64,000 nucleotides of DNA from Balanoglossus misakiensis (Eukaryota; Animalia; Hemichordata): the NCBI GenBank assembly GCA_040954595.2, contig CM082595.2, positions 891,690-955,689 of the forward strand, written 5' to 3'. The notes under the pieces were generated by a model. It ran no database searches, was not told the origin of the DNA, and worked only from the letters and a program-made list of their open reading frames with translations. Every line of letters begins with the position of its first letter. Position 1 is the first letter of the stretch. Below are positions 41,164 through 64,000 of this stretch, piece after piece. A program made the position numbers and the translations under genes.

Positions 41164-44100
41164 TCACCGTTTACAACCTTCGTATTTAGTTTTTCATTTA
41201 TTTAACCAAACAAAAAAATTATGCGGCAGTATTTCGCATGGTGGTCAGTCTTTTCAGCAACTGTCTTCACCAATTTCAACCAAAATACAATGTAACATGT
41301 TGGTTCTAAACCACGACTTATGACGTGACAAGTGGGCCTAAATATTTACCTGTACAGGGACAGTTGGACCTTGATAGAAAATAATGTTTGCGAATAAATG
41401 ATATCAATTTGTTAATTTGGTTTGCAAGTTGATTATCCGTTTATGGTGGATGCGAATTCTGGGTACTTAGCAAAAGCAAATCGGGTTTATATCGCTGAAC
41501 AAGTCGTTGTGCAATCGGATGTTTCGCGAAAAGATGAGCGCGTCATAAAACGAACGAATGACGCGCAGATATGGACAACAAGGGTGATGTTCATGCTTCG
41601 GAATTCTCTCTACTTTCGGTGTCGTTTACCTGAACGCACAGCTGTTTTGTGTAACCTGTCCACTGAGACCTAGACAACGGACAGGCGGCCCTTCACAACT
41701 ACTTGAGATGTATTTACAGACAAAAGTCAGTCAAACACTCGCGCTTATATCCCGATTGAAGAGGTTATCGGGGAACAAAACGCCGTAAAACAACGCGCTC
41801 GTTTCCCATGAAATATTTCACTTTTCTGAACGAAACCCGATAAGGTATCTAATCTTTCGCTGGTAAACACGATTTGGGTTGATTCTTGGCTAAGCCATGG
41901 TCGTTAAGTGACCGAATTTCAGCCTAACTGGACACAGAGGAAGGTGAAATAATTAATTAGATTATCTTCAGGAAGTTTCCACCAGGGAACTTCAATAGAA
42001 CCGGTGATATCTTAAATATAATATTTTGAATAGTTTCGTTCACCTCTGTTGCGCTTTTGATTGGTATAAACTCCGTTGGTACCCCCTCCCTTTCCCTCAC
42101 TTTATTGTACAGATCGAGTCAACGATACATCTAATGTTGGCGCATACAGACAGATTCCCACATATGTAAGTTAGTCTAGTGTAAAATAAATACTTGTACT
42201 GTGCAAAAAAAGTTAGTCTAGTCTAGTTTTCATTCTTCCCTTCAGAACAATGGACTTGTATTTTAAACCACAACTCTGCTGGAATTCTTTCTCAATAAAT
42301 AATTCTTCCGGTCTTTTGGTTTCTCAACAATGCGCCTTTTTAGCTCAACTCGTTTCCTGAACAAGTCTTACACTCATACATTCTCTGAGACTCATCTACC
42401 GGTTATCTATAATATAAGCTTATGTCATCAATCTGATTAAATTCGGTTGTGGAGACCAGTTCCGTGTCTACTTTGCTCAGTCTTTGCTCTTCCCATAAGA
42501 AGTCGGCAGTATTAAAGACAGGTAAAGCCAACAAAGTAAACATAGGGTCTCTCTGTAGACAATTTCAGCCAGTTTGAATGTTATTTATCCCTGATATAAC
42601 CACTTCGATCAAAATAACAACATTGGGTAAACCTGAGTTACACCGAAACGATGATATACCGACGGAAACCTAGACATTGGTGCGCGCCCCATCTTCTCCA
42701 GAAACAGCTTGTCAGACAAAATCCCGAAGGCCTTAAACGGTGACAGGAAATGTTGACTCAAGTTCGTTGGCCGCCTAACAATGTTTGGCATCTTCCGCCG
42801 CAAGAATTATGGGCACAGAGACTATGTGGTAGGTATCTTTGTAATATAGACAAATGCAGTGTGTCTATAGTTAGGAGGCCATTAAATTGTAAAGTTCACA
42901 CATGATCACTGTGAAATGACCTGGTTTTTACAGAGGAGTGGTAAGTTTAGGTTACTACGATTACACTTATAGAAAAATGTCATAATTAACACGAAATAAC
43001 ACAAATCAGAAACTACTAAAATCTCTCTCTATATATCTATCTATCTATGATCGATGCATCTCTCTATCTATCTTCACAAACAACTGGCATCTCTTGTATG
43101 AAATGAATAGCGCGCGCGCGCCGGACGCGATATTGTGAAATGTGATTTATTTAATTATGTAACCCATTTATGATATGTACACGACGATTATATAAGCAAA
43201 TAAAAATGTTAATATGCAAACAGTATCATTTATTATGTTGTAAGAGTCTACTCGGTGTAAAATTTTAAGTGGTTTTCGATTTATAAAGAGTAAACCCGAT
43301 GAACTGGAACGCAGCGCGCTGCCCGAATCATGCTGACGATTCTGATTTTGTGCGAAAAAACGCGGTGTTGCGGTTATGTTTTCTACCGGCATATTTCAAA
43401 GATAGCAACTTTGCTTTAATATATATCGGTTGAACTGTGTTGGCGGGGTAACTCCAAAGCGTCCGACTGAAATGTCGCAGCCAAGTGAAAACTGATATAT
43501 TATTAAAAGTGATAACATAACAGCGAGACTGCTCTAAGGAATTTTACATAAAAACAATTGACTCATTTCCTTTTACTGAACATGTAATATAAACATCTAT
43601 TATCTCGCAATTAAGTCAAAATTAAACAGTATGAAGTTGGTATTCGTTTCCCAGGCCGGTTGTCCCCGAATGGCCAGCTTTCGAAGCGACCTCGCGGACG
43701 AGTTCAATGTTACACTGTCATTCGATCTTGAACTAGTTCAACCCAGGGATCTGTCCTCACGAGGTTTTAGCGTGTCGTAGTTAAGTAGGTGTGAAAAGTT
43801 CATGAAATGCGAAATGCTAATGTTGCGGCTAATTATACAGTTGAATGATGCAGTATCATATTATACAACCTATTACCGCATAAGCATCAATAATTACTGT
43901 ATCGGTATGGATGCATGCCCGACTAGCACCAAATACTTATACATGTAATAGGGAAATGTTAAAGTTTCATCCATCCACTCTGTTCTCGAATGGGACGCGT
44001 GTAATGGCCATTGATTGATAGAGGGCGGTATTTAGAAGATATAAAAAGCGCTCCGGATATCGGTCTAGCAAAAAATCTCATGCAATAAAAAACACGAAAT

Positions 44101-45293
44101 AAGTAGAAGAAACAAAACCCAAAGTTTCCCAAGGAATAATTACTTCTTGAGAGAAGAGTAGATGTGATTCCACTGACATTTCTGCAAAGCTTCAGATGAG
44201 GGATTGAAGAAATCCTCTCAAATAAGCTTAATCTGTCAAAATCTATTCCAATATTTTCGAGACTAGAAGCAGTAACATTCTAGAGCTATCTATGTGTAGG
44301 TGAAGAAAAGCTGATATGATTAACTCTCTCTGTTCACTTGGAAATCTGAAGTTAATAATTTTAACATACACATGCACAAGCCGAGGGAAAGCAAAGTTTT
44401 GATTAGTTTTCGTTTTGTACATGTACTAACTTTTAGAGGAGTGGAGATTCACAGGTTTTCACTTCAATAACTGATTGACAGGTGACCAACACAGGCCCCA
44501 AAGTTGCAGCTCTTGTATCAACAAGCAAGCGGGGTTCATTTGTGTCCAAACAAACTGCTACAAATATTAAGAGTGGAATTATTTGTAAGGAAAGAGAATG
44601 CAAACATAAAAGGATGACTCAGTATTTTCATTTGGTATCAGTCATATGAGTCACCGATATGTTGAATATTTATTTATTAAGGGACTGTACAACTTTTGTA
44701 ATTCTTCTCCAGAATTTGTTCTCTATTCACTGCAAGTTTTGACACTATGGAAGCTAACACATCATTATCAACTGAGACCCACCCACCCCTTAGCAAAAAT
44801 AGTTTGACCGAGATATTCCGAGCTTTGAATTCTTGGGTCAGTGGACCACAGTTATAGACAATCTAACCTAAAAATTTAAGTCGTATCATATATCGCGGTA
44901 AAAAAAAGTGAAAATATTCAAGTAGTGGTCAATGAATTAGAATCTAGGGATTGTACAATTTTATATTATTTCATCTCATAGAATCTGATGAATTCGTATT
45001 AATATTCTTGTATTGAAATCCTCAAATCCTCTTATGTTTCCTGTTTTCTTCTCACAAAAATAATTGAATTTGAAAAATTTACCATCAATCTGATAAATGT
45101 CACCGTGCATGCAATTTCCACGGATGAAGGAGTTTGCCCTCAGAAGATAAAACTCTCATGTAGATCAGTTCGTCAACGTATTGCTCCAGTTCCTTCATCA
45201 ATCATATCATACAAATAAGGGACTGGTCTTTATTTTTAGCAGGGGAGGTGGTCTTGTTGTTTTAAATGCAAATACAGTTCACATTCCAAGTAT

Positions 45294-47578
45294 TTTATTT
45301 GCTCATTCTGTAAGTAAGTTTTTGAACTGGATGTAAAAATAGCACAGTTTAAAAAAAAACATTCACTCTGTCTGTGCTTTTAATTTGATTGTCAATGATG
45401 GCTGGCAAATGCCTTTCAAACTTGTCCTATTAAAAAAAAATCCTATAACAAGCTTTGAGTATTGGCATCTGTATGTGAAAACTAGACAATTATGGCAATT
45501 TTCCAACAGACGACTTATTTCCATAAAAAAAACATAAAAACGTAAAACATGGTAAACTATGGACTCTGATTAAAAAATAAACACTGAAGAAGTAGACTGA
45601 AAAAATTCTACATAAATGAAATCACTTCCTTCATGAAGTTCATTTTATGCAAAAAATCTGCACTCTTTCTCTTTGCGTTTTAAGCACTGTAAAATTATAT
45701 CAATACATTTCTAAACTTTAGAATGACATTAAGTTCTGACAGACAACTTTCTCCACTTGTACAAAATACGACATTCACACAACTTAAAAGGACCACAAAT
45801 CTCATGTCTGAAAGTGTCACAAAAATACAAATAAAAGAAAACAAAACTAAACATAGAAAATAAGCTGCCCAGAAATAAGATAGTAAAAAAACTATTTAAA
45901 AAGATACTGCCAGAGAAAATTCACAAACAAAATTCAAGAGCATGATCCAAGTTGAATCACATTATCATTAAAATTATGAAACACTTATTTTTCAATATTC
46001 CTGGTGTGGAAAATTGGGAAAGTGAATTCCAGAGAATGTTTTGAAGTGCTGAAAACAGACATAAGACCCTTCCTCCAAATTGTCTAGATCTAACTGATGT
46101 GAACAGAATACTGCCTTGCATATGACCAACATTTAACTAAGATTCTACACTTTAATTGGTCAATTTTGACCTTTCACCTGTCTCAGTATCCAATCAGTGT
46201 TTAGGCAGGGAAGGGCTGGGCAGGAAGGTCCCTTTTTCATCGGCTAAAACTGTGAATATAAATAGACCATATCAGCTGAGCCAAATATTTACATAAATAC
46301 TCTTCATACAAAATAATGGCATATAAAAGGCCAACAAAAAAGCTTGATTTGGACAAAATGAAATATCACTACCAGTAATTCTTGGCATGGAATAATCCTC
46401 GGATCTTAATAAACAGGATGATATAAAATTTAGGTGGGAAAGGGTGACTACTTGTGCATTAAGACTGCATGTCATCTAAAAAATGAATAAGAAATGGACT
46501 GTGCAAACATATTCACAAGAAAATATAAATAAACAACAAAAGACGAACAAAACATACTGTGTCGATGACCTGCAAATTGTGTTGGAAAAAAATAAATCTC
46601 TGACTATTCTTGTGAAAATTTAAAGTTAATTCTGGTATCATTTTCGGCCACTCAGTGTGCCCTAAAATGACAATTTGAGTAAAAATAGACTTCAACTTTT
46701 TCTATATAAGAATTTATTGCAAATGAGCTGTCATTTCTACGACTGCACATGAATTTAAACTCATTAACTGAACTGATTAAGTGAGAATCTCATATTCGAG
46801 GCTCATTAGTCTTATACATATTCAAAAGTATATCTGAGCGCTGTGTTTTTCGTGAACAGTGCCACCGTTTGGCAGACATAGCACGAGCACACAGAATTAG
46901 CAGAGTTGCAAACAAATTATTTATGTACAATCATTTATTTTACAAATTCGAGTCAAACAATGAGTTGCTCTTTTTGAAAGCACCGTTGATAAATGCATAT
47001 TCTGTAGTGGTGTCATATTCATGGTGACATTATAGTCAAGGTTCTTCATAGTGTACAAAACACGATGAGTTAATATTGAGTTTGAAATTATGATAGTGCC
47101 CCTTTCGTCACCAAGTGATAGTCTGACCCTGTGTGTTTACATGTGCAACTGGACCTTTACACACGGTTTGGAGGAGTGGTCACTCCTCAGAGGGACAAAG
47201 TTGTCAAATTGTGACATTCTGTTGGTTTCTATGTCGTTCTGATCACCGACATATTTCAACTACTGGTTTAAGAGTTGTTTCTTCTCTTGAGACGTGTCGT
47301 CTCTCAAATAAACTCCATTTTCTGATTGGAATTCTTGAGACAGATTCTTTGAGCTGTTTCAGTGATGCATTTGGAGATTGGAATTTTATTTTTTCATGTT
47401 TTCCTTCACTTCGATGCAACTCATTTTTGCAACCGAACACTTTCCCTCTTCAAGACGTCTTTACCAATGCCTCTCATTACGGTCCATTTTGAAATTGGAA
47501 TTCTTCTGTTTTCCCGGCTTCCTTTCAAGATTTGCCGGTTCTCTTAGATTAGTCAATTCCCTGTCTGGAATTGTTTTT
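45294..47578 (-). other. Probable PIK3CA 3' UTR with candidate AATAAA signals (46934-46939, 46713-46718, 45294-45299)
   Basis: U-rich on the sense strand downstream of the stop codon; several minus-strand AATAAA; true 3' end not determinable. Confidence 0.45.
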
Positions 47579-58129
<10,551 letters not shown>

Positions 58130-58361
58130 TTTCACAAAGGTTCACTTAAAAAAAAGTACTGTGAGTTGACTTGAACTGAGATGTACAGTGCAGTCGTCTC
58201 CTCACCGAATGCAACACCTTAGCGCACTCCCAACCATTTTATCTGTGGATGTAAACAAGAAATTATTGATCAGTTTCAGATTCCTAAGTTGACTAATCAC
58301 TCTTCTATTTCAGCCTGCATGCTACTGGCTTCATTCTGACGTTGGGGAAATGATTTAGATG

Positions 58362-58724
58362 GTTGCTATGGCGAACGATCACCACTGAAACTGATTTCAA
58401 TTATGTCACAAGCCAAAAAACAAATCCATTAAAATCACACAGTAAACACACTGTGGTGGCTGTGTTTTTGCTCCTTCTGGATTTTTATCATCCAGCCAGA
58501 GAAACAGATTCTGCACTTCTAGATGGTCGTTACAGTAAATTTATTCCACGTCACGTGACAAGAAAACAAACATCAGGAAAGATGCTTTTACGATTTTCTT
58601 GTTTTATTCAACAGCTTAACACAGCCTTTGAAAAGGTGAACACAGAGTTGCTATGGTGAATCATCACCATGGAAACTGCTTTCAATTACGACTAATATGC
58701 ATCAAATAAAAAGATCCATTAAAA
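58362..58724 (+). repeat. Diverged ~75 bp direct repeat pair (58362-58434 and 58647-58724)
   Basis: gttgctatgg(c/t)gaa..atcacca..gaaactg.tttcaatta...atccattaaaa occurs in both copies. Confidence 0.7.
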
Positions 58725-61700
58725 CTATGGTATCTCTCCTATGGTATCTACCGGTATAGGTTTTCTTATTTTCATCAGCTTAATAACTTGTGAAACCACA
58801 ACAGGACAACACGTATTCACCAATAATCTAATGATCAGCTCCCAGAATACACAGTGGTGTAGCGATATTCAAGTACCCATGAGCAGTTTCTCTTGCGATA
58901 ATACTGAAATTGGTTTGAAATGAAGATGACGGCAGTTCTACTAAATGACGCACAAGGATAGAGTTTCACTCTCCTGGATACAAAGACATTGATCTATTGT
59001 CAGGGAATGATGTGATGTTTACAGCTCTCCCCTGATAACCCACAAATCTCCGTCAAATCTGTGCCGTATCTATCTGTGCGTCATAAGACGGTATCAATAG
59101 GTTCGAACTCTATAATGGCCATGACCATAACACACAAGCACAAAGAACTGTATAATCTCTTGCAGCGAATCCAAAACAGGCCAGGCTTTACAAATTAAGT
59201 ACAAATGATAGCAGGTTTCATATAATGACTTAGTGACGTCAAACCATACAAACTTATTGTAGAAATTTTGGAAAAATCACTTATTATTGCTCTCAGTGAA
59301 CTTTCGGCAATAATTCATTAGCATACACACATACACACACCTGAGTACACAAATGACTCGCATGAAACCCACAAACCTCGTCAACACTGCTATACTCATC
59401 TGCCGCGGCCAAAATCATTCACTGTGACAATCACCTCTGTATACCACCCTACCCCTACCATCAGTCGATTTTTTTCAAACACTTAAGTTCTGTTTTACAA
59501 CCACTGATCACATGTTAAACAGGAAGTCTATTGTACACAGCTCTTTGTAATCTCTACTGTTGGCCCAAGCCACACCAACTAACACCGGATAAGATCTGTA
59601 TGCTTGGAATGTCAATCGATCCTCCAAGATGGTCACAAGCATTACTCTCCAATGCACCAGGAAGTACAAGTTTATTTCATATTTACAAAATACATTTATC
59701 GTTGTTTCATCACATTTGTCAAAATGTGTCAGATAACCGCCTATTAAAACAGAAACTCACACCTGCAAAACAGGATTTATGATAAGGGAACTGCAATTAA
59801 AAATTTGTGCAACTGAAACAGCTGAAAATCTAAGGCTGGATTACATTTTCACACTTCATCTTTTCAAAGTCTGTTCCTCTATAAAGTGGATGATGTTATG
59901 AAACATTATGTGCATTCCAGTGAGTTAACTGTTGACATTGTAACTGTCACTCACTAAATACTTCAGATGACTCTAACCCCAATAGAATTATTTTGTTTGA
60001 AAGTTCACTTGTGTTGCGCTGAAAATGTACAGGCAGGTGTCTATTGGAAGTGCCTCAAGCAAATGGCGATGAGGGGTGAGAGGAAGTGAATATTGAGAGA
60101 GGTGGTCAGATCGGGGCGGAGAGATGAGGGAAGACAAACAAAGGAGGGTAGTGAGGGGACGGAGAATAGACCCTACCTGCATCAGTTACGCTGGTACAAC
60201 TGTACGTTACAGACATGTGGAACCGTTGCTTGTGTCGGTTATGACTGACACAGCAAAACTGTAAACAGTATACATATCCATGTAGTGTATGTAAATAAGA
60301 GTTTGAATAACAGGGCAAATGGCAAATACTTCTGCATGTGTAAATACAGATAGGGGGATTGGCTGAACACTTACCCAGGGATACAATCAGACATGTACCG
60401 TTACTGGTTGTTTTCACGTGAAATGTTTGAAAATACCACAAAGATTTGTGTTGTTGATGGACGTAGGGACATCATCACAGACTGCCATGACCCAGTAACA
60501 CACAGCTGGGGTACTGCATGAGAAATGTGGAATGTGTGTTTGTTGTACACTGATGCCATATAACATCAATTTTGGAATTTGTACTTTGGTTCTGATTGCA
60601 AAGCAGACTGTTTGCAAACATTGGGCCCAGTGGGTGATGATCATTGGGTAAGTGCAATGCACACAGATAAACAGTTATTAATTGTGATAATCTCTGTGAC
60701 CAATCTAATGTTTAAGTGTTTTCAAACTCTGATGTCTGCGGCATGCTAACTACCAATTTTCACACAAATATCCACACAATCCTACATACATACATATGAT
60801 TTATATAAACTCTGCCCAGTGTTTAAACTTTGTAACGGTTTCTCATTTGATATCTGGCAAATCTTACAAAGCCTGGGCCTGGACACCACACAGCCACACT
60901 GAGGGATCTCCCACCCACACTAAGGTCAGCCATTGTGACTACACTATAACAGATGATGAAGCCTGCTGAGCTTTTTTATCAAAGTTCTCAGATGTTTGTA
61001 TATTGCTCAGCAACTGTTGCTAGGTAGAGGAATACCTATCCGTTCCTTTCGAAGCGCAAAGAAGAAAATAAAAGGAACCGCTGTAGCACATCAAGACTGA
61101 TTAGTGTTTATGGAGTTAGGTGAGAACACCTTGAGGGGGAATGAGTATAGATTTATTGAAGTTAAGCCTTTGCAAGCAGACATGCATGAAACGTACACAG
61201 CAACATGTTGTTAAAAATAAACTAGTATTTTATTAGTGTCATGCACAATGACACATAAATAAACTCACAAACTGTCATGTATTCTCCCTGTACATTATTG
61301 AAAGGGTAGAGGTTGTCCAGTATGCTGGAATGGGTCCAATACAACACAGTTGTTAGCAAGTCAAAGAATGTGTAAGCTGATACATTTGTACAATTGCAAA
61401 CATGGGGTTGTTCCTTTGTATTGCACTGCACATGTACATCATGGCAAACAATACATCATTACTTTCGATCACATTTCCATGTTTCTTTGATATAACATGT
61501 ATTGGTTGTCAGGATTTCACTGAACAGTGGGATTGAGAACAAGGCTGATGGTGTGTTTATAAACAGAGAAAGTCGCAGGTGATGTACATACAGTATATAC
61601 GGTGTATACTATATGTGTGTTGCACAACATATGCACTTAAGCATATACATATACATGTAGCGCAAAAGACCAGTATGTACAGTTATGTTGCAAACCTTGG

Positions 61701-64000
61701 ATAATTTTTACAAAAATACAACTGCTGGTGACCCCTGATGAACTTCATGTACCAAGTGACCTTACTTTGCACTGATAAGTGTCCAGTGACTCTGTACAAA
61801 GATACCAGACTTCTCTGAACAAAACATTGACTGTTTTTCATGCAAAGATTTAATGTCAGTGTCTGGTGGACACGTGCAGCTGTACACACTTTTAAACACA
61901 AACAAGTCTCAGACAATGGTACACACTGACCGAATGAATGATCATTTTGTTCAAAAGAGGAAGACTGTAGAAATAGATTGTCTCAGTGACAGACTTCATG
62001 AAAAGATGTTTCCGGTAAGAGTCAACTTTTTGGGGGGAGTTTCTGTCTTGTGTGACAGCCATACTGAAAACAACTTGCCATCGATGGTATTGGTAAACAA
62101 GTTTAGAAGAGAGCAAATCTTATTACGTGTACTTCGTGCAAAACATACGCCTATTTTGTGCCGAGGCGAAGTGAATTTGAAGAGAAAAAAAGAAAACCTT
62201 TGGATTTGTTGAAATACACCTTATAAATATTCTTCTTACTGTGTGCATACTAATACATGTCATAGTAAATGAGACTTTTAATGTAGTTTATCTGTACACA
62301 ATACTGAGTTAGTTTTTTTGCAATCCCAAATGACAAGGTACATGTATATATCTACTTTACCTGTGACAATAACACTGTATCATTTTTCCTCCACACAGAG
62401 CCAGTACTAGCCAAATGTCATCAACAACCCACAAACACCTCCACAGCTGAATATCAAATGAGAGGCAGGACATACTGGCATGCTATAAATACACCCGGCG
62501 CTTCCAAAACAACAAATCCCACAATGCAGTGCTGTCAGCGTATTGAATCAGCCACAAGTATTCTGCAATTCCAAGTGTTGGCATTTTTGCACCGTAATGT
62601 CACTGTATTAAACAACATTCTATTGACCAGCTGATCTAGTCTGAGACGAATTGATGTTTGCCATAAATGAAAACAACTAGTTTCCTAGAACTAATTCCAT
62701 ACTTGGACCTATTTGTATTTGAATAGATCCAAAAACAACTTGAATAACAGGAACCCTTAGATTCTGACGCAGTAAGCAGGACACAAGACTGCCCCCAACA
62801 ACTGTCAAATTAACTCTAACAGAACTCTTCAGAATCTGAACGTAACGGATGAAAGTCTACAAAATTGTTTTGTGGCACCAACCTGACATTTCCTGCAGCG
62901 AACCAGTGGTCTGCGGTAAAACGTTTCTCACCCGACTGCATTAATGGATGAATGGGGGAAAACAACGCTGTGAGTGGGCGAGTTTTTTTTGTTGTTTCTT
63001 TGAATGAAAGAGAAAGTATGAGATAGCCTTAAGGAGGTAATCAGGGAGTTGATTGTTCAGGTCTATGGGAGACAGCTTTGTCAATACTTTCTTGTGTTAC
63101 TTCTTGTCTACAGAGCTTTAATGTTATCCAAGACTTAACTTGTAAACACGTCTGAATTCTATCAAAGTATTTATAGCCACATAATGGTTTCATTGAAATA
63201 AACAGAGAGAAAAAAAAAACACACGAATTTTTGTTATTATAATAACCTTTTTGGACGCAAACACCCCTCTGCCTTAAAATGGTCTTATCGTATTATTGCT
63301 AAGAGTCAATGTAAAGTTCCGAAAAGGTGAATTATCATTGGAAGACGAAACAAAACACTATCCAACCATCTTGGAAGCCTCGAAGATGAAATCCATCAAA
63401 ATGAGCTTGTTATCCACAAAAACAGCTCAAAGAACAAATGTTCCTTCCAACCTATAGGGAATCGAGAACCAGAAAATCACACGAAGCATCCTGTAGGGGT
63501 AGTCCTCTAAAAATATATTTAGATATAGAAATTCCCAATTAACCCCACAAGATTTCATCGCTTGCTTTATTGTCTCTTTAATGCAAATAACCCAAACTAA
63601 CTTTGTCATACAACAATGGTTGATGCCAACCTATTGCCACTATATATGAAACAAAATAATAAACAAAGCAATTTATTATCTAAATATTTGCAACAACAGT
63701 CACTAATAAATACCATTTAATCCTATGATTGATGATACAGACAGAAAGTCCATCACTACAAACATTAGCACTGCAGAGAAATGACTGCATGTTGTAAATA
63801 GACATGGTCTCATATTACAGAATATTCAAACCTATTGAGTCTTCCTCAGAAAACAAATGTTGAAATGATCTGTTCAGATTAAGTAATTTGATATGACACG
63901 GCTATACATGTACATATCTGTTCAAATAGACATGTATGCAATGTACATGTACATTGTAGTCTACAAGATGTATAGAGAGTTGAGAAGCAAGAAGCACAGA

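Overview
Eukaryotic, AT-rich (roughly 38% GC by eye) animal genomic DNA, most likely from a marine invertebrate bilaterian; the taxon is an inference and cannot be fixed from sequence alone. Two spliced genes lie in tandem on the minus strand. (1) A complete class IA PI3-kinase catalytic subunit p110-alpha gene (PIK3CA): 17 coding exons from 58129 to 47579, all GT-AG and phase-consistent, 3135 nt, 1044 aa. (2) About 7 kb downstream, the 5' half of an Eph receptor tyrosine kinase gene: exons 1-6 from 40559 to 621, encoding signal peptide, ligand-binding domain, sushi/EGF-like region and FN3-1/FN3-2, with a ~29.9 kb intron 3. The Eph gene runs off the left edge of the window. Repeats include four ~93 bp TTAA-flanked piggyBac-type MITEs clustered in PIK3CA introns, a tRNA-derived SINE, a pogo/Tc1-like MITE remnant and microsatellites. 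Most notable observations: (a) this p110-alpha carries five substitutions in ATP-pocket residues that contact inhibitors (M772L, W780L, I800M, I848V, Q859K, human numbering by manual alignment); (b) both cancer hotspots are non-canonical (E545->L with a 2-aa insertion; H1047->Y); (c) an in-frame stop overlapping a double AATAAA just inside Eph intron 5 predicts a secreted 447-aa Eph ectodomain; (d) five perfect octamer (ATTTGCAT) sites lie within 91 bp of Eph intron 3. No prokaryotic-type system (CRISPR, operon) is present, and most short ORFs in the track are non-coding noise.
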